Origin: a bacterium
GTDB lineage: Bacteria; Desulfobacterota; DSWW01
Length of the DNA stretch: 64,000 bases
Reading direction: 5' to 3'
NCBI GenBank assembly: GCA_040756235.1
Contig: JBFLZG010000042.1
Span: 1-64,000 of the forward strand
The notes beneath the pieces are model-generated. The model did no database searches, had not been told where the DNA came from, and was given only the letters and a program-made list of their open reading frames with translations. This document shows, in pieces, positions 11,384 to 21,616 of this stretch. Position 1 is the first letter of the stretch; the number at the start of each line of letters is the position of its first letter. The position numbers were made by a program, and so were the translations under genes.

Positions 11384-11785
11384 ATGAGTCAGGGACGGGC
11401 TTACGTGTCCAAAGCGGTCCGCGGCCTCGCGGCGCATCGCGCGGCTTGGAGCGAGGTCGGCAGACGGATCCTCCTCTGGGCTCTTTTTTTGACTCTGTCG
11501 GGGTATTTCCTCTGGAGCGCCGTTTCCGGAACGCACGGGCTCCTTTCATTCTCGGAGATGAAGAAGACCCGGGAGCGGCTGGAGAAGGAGAATCTGGAGC
11601 TCCTGGCGAAGAACCATGCCATGGAGAAAGATATCTACCTGCTCCGGCACAGCCGTGCCTACCTCGAGAAGACGGCCCGGGAGGAATATGGGTACGTTTA
11701 CCCGGGGGAGAAGATCTTCTGGTTTGACGAGCCGGGGGACGGAACGACTTCGGGCCGGCTCGTCGCGGATCACGGCCCGGAGTGA
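11384..11785 (+). CDS. Septum formation initiator FtsB/DivIC family
   Basis: Single TM, coiled coil, YLEKTAREEYGYVYPGE. Confidence 0.8.
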   Translation: MSQGRAYVSKAVRGLAAHRAAWSEVGRRILLWALFLTLSGYFLWSAVSGTHGLLSFSEMKKTRERLEKENLELLAKNHAMEKDIYLLRHSRAYLEKTAREEYGYVYPGEKIFWFDEPGDGTTSGRLVADHGPE

Positions 11786-11845
11786 CGAAATCGCAATCCG
11801 ACGCGGCCTGAAAACCCGAGCCTGGTGGGCTGAAAAAGATCCCGC

Positions 11846-11874
11846 TTGATTTTTTGAATCCAACCTATTATAAA
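11846..11874 (+). promoter_or_regulatory. Candidate sigma70 promoter of rimP-nusA-infB operon
   Basis: TTGATT-17 bp-TATAAA in AT-rich stretch. Confidence 0.55.
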
Positions 11875-11901
11875 ATAACATGATTCGGTTGCGGTTCTTG
11901 G

Positions 11902-11927
11902 AAAGTGGGCGCGTCCCGCTTTTTTTG
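11902..11927 (+). terminator. rimP leader attenuator-type hairpin
   Basis: AAAGTGGGC-GCGT-CCCGCTTTTTTT hairpin with U-run in the rimP leader. Confidence 0.65.
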
Positions 11928-11994
11928 TATCAGATCCTGATTTCTTTCAGGCACGGGCGACAACAAGCAACCGGCCGCCGAGGGAGCCTTTTTC

Positions 11995-12465
11995 GTGAAT
12001 TCCAGGGCAGTTCCCGAGACGGTTTCGAAGATCGTCTCCCCCATCCTTGACCGCGAGGGCATGGATCTGGTCGACGTGCAGTTTCTTCGGGATAGTGGAT
12101 CGTGGGTGCTGCGGGTCTTCATCGACAAGCCCGGAGGCATCTCCCTCGATGACTGCACGAGGATCAGCCACAAGATCGGGGATGTCATCGAAGTGGAAGA
12201 CGTCATTGCCCACCGCTACCGCCTGGAAGTCTCCTCGCCCGGGCTGGACCGGGTGCTCAAGAAGGAGGCAGATTTTCAGCGGTTTTCAGGCAAGAAGGCG
12301 CGTGTGCAGACACGGGAGCCGCTCGCGGGGAGAAGGAATTACAGAGGCAAGATCGTTGGATGCGAACAAGGTGTGCTCGCTCTGGATGACCTGCAGGGCA
12401 ATGTGATCCGGTTGCCCCTCCATCTGATCGAAAAGGCCAGGCTGGAGATCGATCTCGGTCGCTGA
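11995..12465 (+). CDS. rimP: Ribosome maturation factor RimP
   Basis: LRVFIDKPGGISLDDC, YRLEVSSPGLDR; position before nusA. Confidence 0.95.
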   Translation: MNSRAVPETVSKIVSPILDREGMDLVDVQFLRDSGSWVLRVFIDKPGGISLDDCTRISHKIGDVIEVEDVIAHRYRLEVSSPGLDRVLKKEADFQRFSGKKARVQTREPLAGRRNYRGKIVGCEQGVLALDDLQGNVIRLPLHLIEKARLEIDLGR

Positions 12466-12576
12466 TTCCAGGCGAACGACCTCTCCGGCACCGGACACGC
12501 ACCCGTCCAACCAGACCGGATATCCGGCGAAGGAGCTTCCCGAGCCCGGATGGTACATTCAAAGGAGGTTTTCTCA

Positions 12577-14022
12577 ATGGCCTCTGAGCTGGAGAGAATC
12601 ATCGAGCAGGTTGGCAAGGACAAGGGAATCGACAAGAAGATTCTGATCGAAGCTCTTGAAGCCGCCATGCTCAGCGCCGCCAAGAAGAAGTTGGGGGCCC
12701 AACACGACGTCGAAGCGCACTACAACCCGGAGCTGGGTGAGGTCGAGCTCTTCGAATTCAAGGTGGTGGTGGATGCCGTTCAGGACAACGATGCGGAGAT
12801 CTCCCTGGAAGAGGCCAGGAAGACCGACCCGGACGTGGAGGTGGGAGACAGTCTCGGCAAGAAGCTCACGACCGAAATCTTCGGAAGGATTTCCGCGCAG
12901 ACCGCCAGGCAGGTCATCATGCAGAAGGTCCGCGAGGCCGAGAGGGAGATGGTCCACGGCCTCTACAAGGATCAGAAGGGCGAGTTGGTGCACGGCTCGG
13001 TTCAGCGTTTCGAAAAGGGCGGCGACATGATCGTCAACCTCGGGAAGGGGGAAGCGATCCTGCCGGTCAAGGAGCAGATCCCCCGGGAGACATACCGCAT
13101 CGGCGACCGCATCCGGGCCTACATCTTCGACGTAGACAAGAACGCGAAGGGGCCCATCATCAAGCTGTCCCGGGCCAGACCCGAGATGCTGATCAAGCTG
13201 TTCGAGCTCGAGGTGCCCGAGATCTACGACGGGATCGTCGAGATCAAAGGGGCGGCCCGGGAGCCGGGGGGGCGAGCCAAGATCGCCGTCTACTCGCGCG
13301 ACATCGACGTCGATCCGGTCGGGGCCTGCGTGGGCATGAAGGGATCGCGGGTGCAGGCGATCGTGCACGAGCTCAGAGGGGAGAAGATCGATATCGTCCC
13401 GTATTCGCCGGACATCGCAACCTGGGTCTGCAACGCCCTCGCACCGGCCGAAATCTCCAAAGTGATCATCGATGAGCGCGAGCACAACATCGAAGTGATC
13501 GTGCCCGACAACCAGCTCTCTCTGGCCATCGGGAAGAAGGGACAGAACGTCCGGCTGGCCTCCAAGCTGGTGGGCTGGAAGATCGAGATCCACGGGGAGA
13601 CCGAGGCGGAGGACTCCTTCCAGAGAGCCAAGGCCAAGCTGGAGAAGATCGAAGGCCTCGGCGACGTGATGGCCCGCAGCCTCCTGAACGTCGGGATCTA
13701 TTCGGCCAAGGACATCCTGGAGTGGGACGCCGAAAGCCTGGCCCAGGCCACCCAGCTCGGGCTCAAGAAGGCCGAGAAGCTGCAGGAACTGGCCCGCCAG
13801 CACCTGGACCACCTGCCCGAGGGCGATGAGTCCGGCCCCGATCGCGAAGGAGTTGCGGAGGTGCCCGCGGCCGGAAAGAGCGGGATCGAGAAGGAAGGGA
13901 GCCTCGGCAGAGAGGCCGGTGAGGCGCCCGTTGCGGAAACCCAGGCGGCCGAGGGGACGATGGGAAAAGCGAACCAGGAAAGGAAGGAAGAGGAGGACTC
14001 GGTCCCTCAGAGTCACGTCTGA
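12577..14022 (+). CDS. nusA: Transcription termination/antitermination factor NusA
   Basis: FGRISAQTARQVI, AREPGGRAKIAV, DPVGACVGMKGSRV, AIGKKGQNVRLA. Confidence 0.97.
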   Translation: MASELERIIEQVGKDKGIDKKILIEALEAAMLSAAKKKLGAQHDVEAHYNPELGEVELFEFKVVVDAVQDNDAEISLEEARKTDPDVEVGDSLGKKLTTEIFGRISAQTARQVIMQKVREAEREMVHGLYKDQKGELVHGSVQRFEKGGDMIVNLGKGEAILPVKEQIPRETYRIGDRIRAYIFDVDKNAKGPIIKLSRARPEMLIKLFELEVPEIYDGIVEIKGAAREPGGRAKIAVYSRDIDVDPVGACVGMKGSRVQAIVHELRGEKIDIVPYSPDIATWVCNALAPAEISKVIIDEREHNIEVIVPDNQLSLAIGKKGQNVRLASKLVGWKIEIHGETEAEDSFQRAKAKLEKIEGLGDVMARSLLNVGIYSAKDILEWDAESLAQATQLGLKKAEKLQELARQHLDHLPEGDESGPDREGVAEVPAAGKSGIEKEGSLGREAGEAPVAETQAAEGTMGKANQERKEEEDSVPQSHV

Positions 14023-14052
14023 CAGGATCTTTCCTCCCCCGGAGGGCGTCGG

Positions 14053-14385
14053 TTGGCGAAGGACGCGGACCCCGAACGTTTGCACGATCGGCCGGAACGC
14101 ACTTGCATCGGATGCGGACGCAAGGCTCCCAAGCGACGTCTGCTGCGATTCGTTGCCCGCGAGGGCGGGACGCTCGAGTTCGATCCGCAGCAGACGATGC
14201 AGGGCCGGGGCGGTTACCTCTGTCCGGAGCGCAGGTGTTTTCAGGATGCGTCCAAGAAGCGTCGCATGGCGATCCGCTACCGGCGTCCGATCGTGCTTGA
14301 TCCGGACGGGTGGCTTGAGGCGGCTCGCAAGGAGCTCGGCGCGGAGCCTGCCGGAACGGCGGTGCAGGAGCCGGTGGAAGGTTGA
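14053..14385 (+). CDS. YlxR/DUF448 RNA-binding protein
   Basis: PERTCIGC, GRGGYLC; between nusA and infB. Confidence 0.85.
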   Translation: MAKDADPERLHDRPERTCIGCGRKAPKRRLLRFVAREGGTLEFDPQQTMQGRGGYLCPERRCFQDASKKRRMAIRYRRPIVLDPDGWLEAARKELGAEPAGTAVQEPVEG

Positions 14386-14533
14386 ATAAGCTTGCGGAGA
14401 AAGCAGAGGATTTTCTCTTGGAGAGCCGGGAGGGAACGATCCCGATAATGCAAGGCTCTACAAGAGTGATTCGTTGTCATTATTATTCCCAGGGGGTGTC
14501 GAACAGGATGCCCTACCCAGGGGGTGGATCTGA

Positions 14534-17134
14534 ATGGCCAAAGTAAGGCTATACCAGCTGGCCAGAGAGCTCGGCGTGGACAACAACGAGCTGATGGAGA
14601 AGCTCAAGTCGCTGGGCGTCGACGCCAAGAACCATATGGCGACTCTTGCAGACGGCGAGGTCGATCAAGTCCGCGCGTTGTATCGCCAGGCCCAGGAAGT
14701 CAAGGTCGATGAGGTTCGGATAAGACCTACCGTCATCCGCAGGCGCCGGAAAGTCGAGGCCAGGGCCGAGGAACCGGCGGCCGAACCGGCCCCCGCCACG
14801 GAACGCGCGGAGGAGCCTGCGGTCGCGGCGGCGGTGCCGGAAGCCGCGCCGTCGGAGCCGAAACCGACCGAGGTCCTGCCGGGGCCTCTCTTGGAGATGC
14901 CCCCGGTCGAGGTCGTGATGCCGGGCCCCGCGATCGAGTCGGTGAGCCCCGAGACGGTTGCGGAAGGCGCCCGGGCGAAGGAGGCGGCGGAGCCGGCGGG
15001 TCGGGAAAGGGTCTTGCCCGTCGAACCGATCTCTCCGGCCGAGGCCAGGGCCGAGACCGCGCGGACCGAGGAACGGGAAGACAAAGGGAAGAAGCTCTTC
15101 GAGCTGTTGAAGAAGCCTGCCCGGGTCGAAGAGCCCGCGGAAGAGGCTGGAAGGGCGGGCAAGAAAGGCAAACCGTTCTCCGGCAGAAAGGTGGTCGAGT
15201 ACAAGCCGAGGAGAGGGCGGGAACCGTCCTGGGAAGGCGGCCCGGACAAGGAGCTCCCGCAGAAAGAGGAGGGAGAGGTCCGGAGGGACCGGAGGCCTTC
15301 TTTCCGAAGGCCGGCCCTCAAGCCGGTCATCACGGTCCCCAAACCGATCAAACGAAAGATCCGGGTCGGCGAATCGATTCTGGTCGGCGAGCTGGCCAAG
15401 AGAATGGGCGTGAAGGCGGCGGAGATCATCAAGAGGCTAATGCAAAATGGTGTTATGTCTAACATCAACCAACCAGTGGATACGGACATGGCGGCCACGA
15501 TTGCCGGTCAGTACGGTTACGAAATCGAACGGGTCCAGCCTGAGGAAACGGTCCTTCTCAACGAGCAGCAAGACCGGCCGGAGTCGATGTCGGAACGGCC
15601 GCCGGTGGTCACCATCATGGGCCACGTCAACCACGGAAAGACGCGCCTCCTGGACGCCATCCGCAAGACCAACGTGATGGAGAGCGAGGCCGGCGGCATC
15701 ACCCAGCACATCGGCGCCTACAAAGTGTCGGTCGCGGACAAGACCATCGTCTTTCTCGATACGCCCGGGCACGAGGCGTTCACGAAGATGCGCGCCCGAG
15801 GCGCGACGGTGACCGACATCGTCGTGCTGGTGGTGGCGGCCGACGACGGTGTCATGCCGCAGACCCTGGAGGCCATCAACCACGCCAGGGCGGCCCACGT
15901 GCCGATCCTGGTGGCCGTCAACAAGATCGATCTTCCCAGCGCGAACGTCGACCGCGTCAAGCAGATGCTGGCCGAGCACAAGCTCGTGCCGGAGGCCTGG
16001 GGCGGGGACACCCTGTTTGCAGAGATCTCGGCCAAAGAAGGCATCGGGATCCAGGAGCTGCTGGAGCTGATTCTCCTCCAGGCGGAAATCATGGAGCTGA
16101 AGGCCAATCCCGACAAGCGCGTCAAAGGCGTGATCATCGAAGCCCGTCTGGACCGCACGCTCGGCCCCGTGGCTACGGTTCTGGTGCGCGAGGGGAGCTT
16201 GCGCGTCGGAGACCCTTTCGTCACCGGTCTCCATTACGGGAAAGTCAGGGCCCTCCTGAACGACCGGGGCGAGCGGGTCTCCGAGGCGGGGCCCTCGGTT
16301 CCGGTCGAGGTTCTCGGCTGCTCCGGGGTGCCGGAGGCCGGAGATCCTTTCGTCGTGGTGGAGGACGACAAGAAAGCCAAGCTGCTCAGCTCCCTGCGCA
16401 TGGAGAAGGCGAGGCAGACGGAGGTGGCGGCCGGTGGCAAGATGTCCCTGGACGAGCTTTACGAGAAGATCCGGGCGGAAGAAGTCAAGGATCTGAACAT
16501 CATCCTGAAGGCCGACGTGCAGGGGTCGGTGGAGGCCTTGAGCGGAGCCCTGGAGCGGTTGGGCAACGAAAAGGTCAAGACCCGGGTCCTCCACGGGGGG
16601 GTCGGCGGGGTCACGGAGACCGACGTGATGCTCGCTTCTGCTTCCAATGCGTTGATCCTCGCCTTCAGTGTCCGGGCGGAGCCGAAGGCCTTGCACCTGG
16701 CCGAGCAGGAGAAGGTCGACCTCCGTTTCTACAGCGTGATCTACGACGCCGTCTCGGACATCCAGGCCGCCATGCAGGGCATGCTGGAGCCAGTCTTCAA
16801 GGAAGTCCCCATGGGGCGGGCCGAAGTCCGGGAGACCTTCGGTATCCCGAAAGTCGGTACCGTGGCGGGCAGCTACATCCTGGACGGCAAGATGGAGCGG
16901 AACGCCAAAGTGCGCGTGATGCGGGACTCGGTCGTCATCTACGAAGGTAAGGTCGCCTCGCTGCGGCGCTTCAAGGAGGACGCGAAAGAGGTCATGGCCG
17001 GCTACGAGTGCGGCATACGCGTGGAGAGCTTCAATGACGTGAAGGTGGGCGACATCCTCGAGGCGTACTCGCTCCAGCAGGTGTCCCAGTCCCCGGAGGA
17101 TCGCAGCCGGGAAAGAAGGCCTGCCGTGACATGA
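14534..17134 (+). CDS. infB: Translation initiation factor IF-2
   Basis: [47 protein letters not shown]. Confidence 0.98.
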   Translation: MAKVRLYQLARELGVDNNELMEKLKSLGVDAKNHMATLADGEVDQVRALYRQAQEVKVDEVRIRPTVIRRRRKVEARAEEPAAEPAPATERAEEPAVAAAVPEAAPSEPKPTEVLPGPLLEMPPVEVVMPGPAIESVSPETVAEGARAKEAAEPAGRERVLPVEPISPAEARAETARTEEREDKGKKLFELLKKPARVEEPAEEAGRAGKKGKPFSGRKVVEYKPRRGREPSWEGGPDKELPQKEEGEVRRDRRPSFRRPALKPVITVPKPIKRKIRVGESILVGELAKRMGVKAAEIIKRLMQNGVMSNINQPVDTDMAATIAGQYGYEIERVQPEETVLLNEQQDRPESMSERPPVVTIMGHVNHGKTRLLDAIRKTNVMESEAGGITQHIGAYKVSVADKTIVFLDTPGHEAFTKMRARGATVTDIVVLVVAADDGVMPQTLEAINHARAAHVPILVAVNKIDLPSANVDRVKQMLAEHKLVPEAWGGDTLFAEISAKEGIGIQELLELILLQAEIMELKANPDKRVKGVIIEARLDRTLGPVATVLVREGSLRVGDPFVTGLHYGKVRALLNDRGERVSEAGPSVPVEVLGCSGVPEAGDPFVVVEDDKKAKLLSSLRMEKARQTEVAAGGKMSLDELYEKIRAEEVKDLNIILKADVQGSVEALSGALERLGNEKVKTRVLHGGVGGVTETDVMLASASNALILAFSVRAEPKALHLAEQEKVDLRFYSVIYDAVSDIQAAMQGMLEPVFKEVPMGRAEVRETFGIPKVGTVAGSYILDGKMERNAKVRVMRDSVVIYEGKVASLRRFKEDAKEVMAGYECGIRVESFNDVKVGDILEAYSLQQVSQSPEDRSRERRPAVT

Positions 17135-17275
17135 ACCTGGCGGAGAGCCCGCTCGACCGCCATCCCTGCAGGAGCAGGGGTGCGCAAGCGCAGATGATGC
17201 AGGGGATGCTTCGCCTTGCTTCCGACAGGCTTCGCAGAAGGCTGTCTGTCCCCAGCCTCAAGTGAAGGAAGGGGA

Positions 17276-17566
17276 ATGATGGTGGTCGGCGTGATCGAGC
17301 TGGAGTTGAGGATCCCCGAGATCGGCTCCCTCAAGGGCAAGCGCAGCGTGGTCAAGAAGGTCATCGAGAGGACCCGCTCTCGGTTCAACGTCGCCATGGC
17401 GGAGGTCGACAAGCAGGACGTCCATTCCCGGGCGGTCCTGGGGTGCGTCGTGGTCGGTTCGGACCGCCGCTTCATCAACGAGGTCGTGGACAAGGTCCTG
17501 GACTTCATCGAGAGCCTGGCCGTGGCGGACATCCTCTCCGAGAGGATCGAGATCGTCAATTTTTGA
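17276..17566 (+). CDS. DUF503 protein
   Basis: SLKGKRSVVK...RFNVAMAEV; infB-rbfA context. Confidence 0.88.
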   Translation: MMVVGVIELELRIPEIGSLKGKRSVVKKVIERTRSRFNVAMAEVDKQDVHSRAVLGCVVVGSDRRFINEVVDKVLDFIESLAVADILSERIEIVNF

Positions 17567-17602
17567 TGAGCCTTTCCGAAGTCGAAGGGCGTGGAACGAG
17601 CC

Positions 17603-17956
17603 ATGCGCCGAACGAGAAGGCCCCAAAGGCTGGGCGGGCTTCTCCAGGAAGAGGTATCCAGGCTGTTGCTGCGAGAGATCAAGGACCCCCGTATTGCGGG
17701 AGTCACCCTGACCTCGGTGAAAGTCTCACCGGATCTCCGATTTGCGATGATCTACTTCAGCGTCATGGGAGGTCCCGAGCGGCAACGGGAGGCCACCAAA
17801 GGGCTCCAGAGCGCCAGGGGCATGATCAAGAGAGAGCTGGGCAGGAACCTCGAGCTTCAATATGTGCCGGACATCGAGTTCCTGTTTGATGATTCCCTGG
17901 AATACGCCGAGCACATCGATCAACTGCTCAAGCAGATTGCGGACTCCAAAAACTGA
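17603..17956 (+). CDS. rbfA: Ribosome-binding factor A
   Basis: IKDPRI, VKVSPDLR, YVPDIEFLFDDS. Confidence 0.93.
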   Translation: MRRTRRPQRLGGLLQEEVSRLLLREIKDPRIAGVTLTSVKVSPDLRFAMIYFSVMGGPERQREATKGLQSARGMIKRELGRNLELQYVPDIEFLFDDSLEYAEHIDQLLKQIADSKN

Positions 17957-18013
17957 GGGGTCTCCCCGGGAGTGCAGGCCGAAGCGGATGGAAGCCTGAG
18001 AGCGCGAGGGAGG

Positions 18014-19021
18014 ATGAGCCTTATTCCCAAACTCAGGACGGAAACCCTTTCCGGACCCGGTCCGGGCCGTCAGGCGTTCGAGCGGGCATTCGCGGGCGTG
18101 CTGATCATCGACAAGCCTGCCGGCATGACTTCTCTGGACGTGACGAGAAGGCTGAAGGGCAGGCTCGGGCCGCTGCGGATGGGCCATGCCGGAACGCTGG
18201 ACCCTCTGGCAACCGGGGTGCTGCCCGTTTGCATGGGGGAGGCGACCAAGCTGATCGACTACATGGATCTCCAGTGGAAGCATTACCGGGGATGCCTGCA
18301 GTTGGGGCTCGAGACCGAAAGCTGGGACGTGACCGGCAGGATCGTCGCCGAGCGGCCCGTGCCGGTCCTGCCGACGGAGCGGCTGCGGGAGGTTTTCCGG
18401 AAATTCGAAGGGAGTCAGCGCCAGCGCCCCCCCGCCTTTTCGGCGGTCAAGGTGAAGGGCCGTCCCCTCTACTCTTATGCCCGCAAAGGTGTTCATGTCG
18501 ATCCGCCCGCGCGTGACGTTTTCGTGCGGTCCTTCGACCTTCTGGAGCGCCGGGGGGAGTGGCTCGATTTCGATCTGGTCTGCAGCAGAGGGACCTACGT
18601 GCGCTCCATCGTCCACGGGCTGGGAGAACGGCTGGGATGCGGCGCTTGCCTTTCCATGCTGAGGAGGACCCGCAGCGGCCGGTTCTGCCTCGGAGATGCC
18701 GTGAGGCTGGAGCAGGCCGAGGCCGAGATCGACCAGGGCCGCCTCCGCAATCGCTTGCTGTCTCCCGAGGACGTCCTGTCGCACCTGGAGCCTCTGGAGG
18801 TTCGCAAGGAGAGCGAGCGCAAGGCCTGGAACGGCAATCCCATGGAAACCGCGGATCTGCTCCCTTCTGCACTGGAGCTGGCGGTGCTCGAGGGGCGCAG
18901 AGTGCGAATCCAGGTGGATGGCGCGGTCATCGGAGTCGGGGAAGTCCGGAGCGGCGCGCAAGGCGTTTTTCTGCAGCCCCTGCGCTTGCTTCGGTCCCAA
19001 GTCCCGGATCGGGCGGCATGA
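18014..19021 (+). CDS. truB: tRNA pseudouridine(55) synthase
   Basis: DKPAGMTS, GHAGTLDPLATGVL, PPAFSAVK, CSRGTYVRS. Confidence 0.95.
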   Translation: MSLIPKLRTETLSGPGPGRQAFERAFAGVLIIDKPAGMTSLDVTRRLKGRLGPLRMGHAGTLDPLATGVLPVCMGEATKLIDYMDLQWKHYRGCLQLGLETESWDVTGRIVAERPVPVLPTERLREVFRKFEGSQRQRPPAFSAVKVKGRPLYSYARKGVHVDPPARDVFVRSFDLLERRGEWLDFDLVCSRGTYVRSIVHGLGERLGCGACLSMLRRTRSGRFCLGDAVRLEQAEAEIDQGRLRNRLLSPEDVLSHLEPLEVRKESERKAWNGNPMETADLLPSALELAVLEGRRVRIQVDGAVIGVGEVRSGAQGVFLQPLRLLRSQVPDRAA

Positions 19022-19133
19022 TGATGCTTAGAACGACAACGGATAGAACGATCGATCGATAACATCGAACCCGCAAAGACCCCTGCTTCCTTGTTGTCGA
19101 GCCTGGAGGCGAGTCTCAGGAGGAGCCACTGGA

Positions 19134-19403
19134 ATGAGCATTGAGACGGAGAAGAAGACGGAGTTGGTTCAGACGTACAGGAGGAGCGAGAAGGACACCG
19201 GGTCCCCGGAGGTGCAGATCGCGCTGCTGACCGAGCGGATCTCGAACCTGACGGAGCATTTCAAGTTTCACAAAAAGGATCACCATTCCCGCCGCGGCTT
19301 GCTCGCGCTGGTGAGCCTGAGGAGGAGGCTGCTGGACTACCTGAAGAGAGAAGATCGTGGGCGCTATCAGACTTTGATCGAGCAACTCGGCCTGAGGAAA
19401 TAA
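19134..19403 (+). CDS. rpsO: 30S ribosomal protein S15
   Basis: [27 protein letters not shown]. Confidence 0.98.
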   Translation: MSIETEKKTELVQTYRRSEKDTGSPEVQIALLTERISNLTEHFKFHKKDHHSRRGLLALVSLRRRLLDYLKREDRGRYQTLIEQLGLRK

Positions 19404-19447
19404 GCCATGCGGTTGAAGCAGAACCGCGGCAAGGAAAAGAGAAGAAA

Positions 19448-21616
19448 ATGATTCAACGAACGACTTGTGAAGTGGGCGGAAAGCAGATTTCTTTCGAGAC
19501 CGGTCAGATGGCCGGCCAGGCGCACGGGGCGGTGGTGGTCCGGCAGGGAGATACGATGGTGCTGGTCACCGTGGTCGCTCAGGACTCCAGGCGGGAGGTG
19601 GATTTCTTCCCTCTGACCGTGGATTACATCGAGAAGACGTTTGCAGCGGGGAAGATTCCCGGCGGGTTCTTCAAGCGGGAAGGAAGGCCCACGGAGAAGG
19701 AGATCATCACCTCGCGCTTGATCGACCGGCCGATCCGGCCCCTGTTCCCCAGCGGGTACGTTCGCGAGGTGCAGGTGATCGCGACGGTTCTGTCGGCCGA
19801 CGGTGAGAACGATCCCGACGTCGTCGCGCTGAATGGAGCCTCGGCGGCGCTCCTGCTTTCCGGGATCCCGTTCCAAGGGCCGATCGGCGGCGTGCGCGTC
19901 GGCAGGGTCGATGGCCAGCTCTGTCTCAATCCGACCGTGTCCCAGTTGAAGACCAGTGATTTGAACCTGGTCGTGGTGGGGCGCCGGGGCGGGCTGATCA
20001 TGCTCGAGGGGCAGGCCTACGGGCTGCCGGAAGAGGTGATCCTGGAGGCGATCTCCACCGGCTACAAGTCGCTCGCGGCGGTCTTTGCGGCCCTCGAGGG
20101 GCTGGCTGCGGTCGCCGGCAAACCGCGGGCCCTCGTTCCGGTCCAGGAGAGAGACGAAGCGTTCGAGAAGCGCGTAGCCGACGCGTTTCGACCTCTGCTG
20201 GAGAAGGCTCTCGTCATCCTCGAGAAGCAGGAAAGGTACCAGCAGGTTTCGGCCGCGGTCGAGGAGGTGCGGGCGTCCCTCGGCGAGATCGACGCCCAGC
20301 AACAGAAGAGGGTCGCCGCGGTGTGCGAGGAAATGTACGAGAACGTGGTGCGCAGACACCTGATCGAAAAAAAGAGACGTCTCGACGGCCGTGTTCCCAA
20401 TCAGGTGCGGGATCTTTCCGGCCAGGTCGGGATCCTGCCCCGGACCCATGGGTCGGCCCTGTTCTCGCGGGGTCAGACGCAGGCTCTCGTGGTCACCACT
20501 CTGGGCACCTCTTCGGACGAGCAGAGGATGGAGCTGCTCGAGGGTGAGATTTACAAGCGCTTCATGGTTCATTACAACTTCCCTCCCTTCTCCGTAGGGG
20601 AGGTGAGGCCTCTCAGGTCGCCCGGGCGCAGGGAGATCGGCCACGGTCTGCTCGCCGAGCGGGCGCTCGCCACTGTCATCCCGCCGGCCGAGAGCTTCCC
20701 GTACACGGTACGCGTCGTCTCGGACATCGTCTCTTCGAACGGCTCCTCTTCCATGGCCACGGTCTGCGGCGGCACGCTTTCCCTGATGGACGCGGGCGTC
20801 CCGATCAAGTGCCCGGTCTCCGGAATCGCCATGGGCCTCGTCCAGGAAGAGGACGGCCGGGTGATCCTGACCGACATCGCAGGAGAGGAAGATCATTTCG
20901 GCGACATGGATCTCAAGATCGCCAGGGACGCACAGGGCATTCGGGCCATCCAGATGGATCTGAAGATCAGCGGCATTTCGGAGCAGACCCTGAAGGACGC
21001 CCTGGAGGACGCGCGCAAGGCCTGCCTGCACGTGCTCGACCACATGCTGAAGGTCCTGCCCCAGCCCAGGGAGGAGATCTCCCTGTTCGCCCCCAGGATC
21101 CTAACCATGCAGATCAAACAGGAAAAGATCCGGGACGTCATCGGTGCGGGCGGCAGGACCGTCCGGGACATCATCGAGAGGACCGGCGTCAAGATCGACA
21201 TCGAAGACAGCGGCAGGATCGTGATCGCCTCTCCCAATCTGGAAAAGGCCCGGGAAGCGTGCCAGCTCATCGAGCTGATTACACAGGAGGCGGAGATCGG
21301 AAAGATCTACCGGGGTGTGGTCAAGAAGATCACCAATTTCGGCGCCTTCGTGGAGATCTTTCCTGGAACGGAAGGTCTGGTCCACATCTCGCAGCTCTCC
21401 AGGGAGCGCGTGAATGCGGTGACCGACGTGCTGGCAGAGGGTGACGAGGTGATGGTGAAGATCATCGACGTGGACGGTCAGGGAAGAATCAAGCTGAGCC
21501 GCAAGGACGCTCTCGAAGACGGGGGCCAATCTGGGGCGGATGCGGAAGGGGCAGAGCCTTCAAGGAGACCTTCGAGCGACACCCGTCCGAGAAGGGGGCG
21601 GGGGAGTCGATCATGA
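19448..21616 (+). CDS. pnp: Polyribonucleotide nucleotidyltransferase
   Basis: DFFPLTVDY, SRLIDRPIRPLF, RREIGHG, SNGSSSMA, KH and S1 domains. Confidence 0.98.
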   Translation: MIQRTTCEVGGKQISFETGQMAGQAHGAVVVRQGDTMVLVTVVAQDSRREVDFFPLTVDYIEKTFAAGKIPGGFFKREGRPTEKEIITSRLIDRPIRPLFPSGYVREVQVIATVLSADGENDPDVVALNGASAALLLSGIPFQGPIGGVRVGRVDGQLCLNPTVSQLKTSDLNLVVVGRRGGLIMLEGQAYGLPEEVILEAISTGYKSLAAVFAALEGLAAVAGKPRALVPVQERDEAFEKRVADAFRPLLEKALVILEKQERYQQVSAAVEEVRASLGEIDAQQQKRVAAVCEEMYENVVRRHLIEKKRRLDGRVPNQVRDLSGQVGILPRTHGSALFSRGQTQALVVTTLGTSSDEQRMELLEGEIYKRFMVHYNFPPFSVGEVRPLRSPGRREIGHGLLAERALATVIPPAESFPYTVRVVSDIVSSNGSSSMATVCGGTLSLMDAGVPIKCPVSGIAMGLVQEEDGRVILTDIAGEEDHFGDMDLKIARDAQGIRAIQMDLKISGISEQTLKDALEDARKACLHVLDHMLKVLPQPREEISLFAPRILTMQIKQEKIRDVIGAGGRTVRDIIERTGVKIDIEDSGRIVIASPNLEKAREACQLIELITQEAEIGKIYRGVVKKITNFGAFVEIFPGTEGLVHISQLSRERVNAVTDVLAEGDEVMVKIIDVDGQGRIKLSRKDALEDGGQSGADAEGAEPSRRPSSDTRPRRGRGSRS

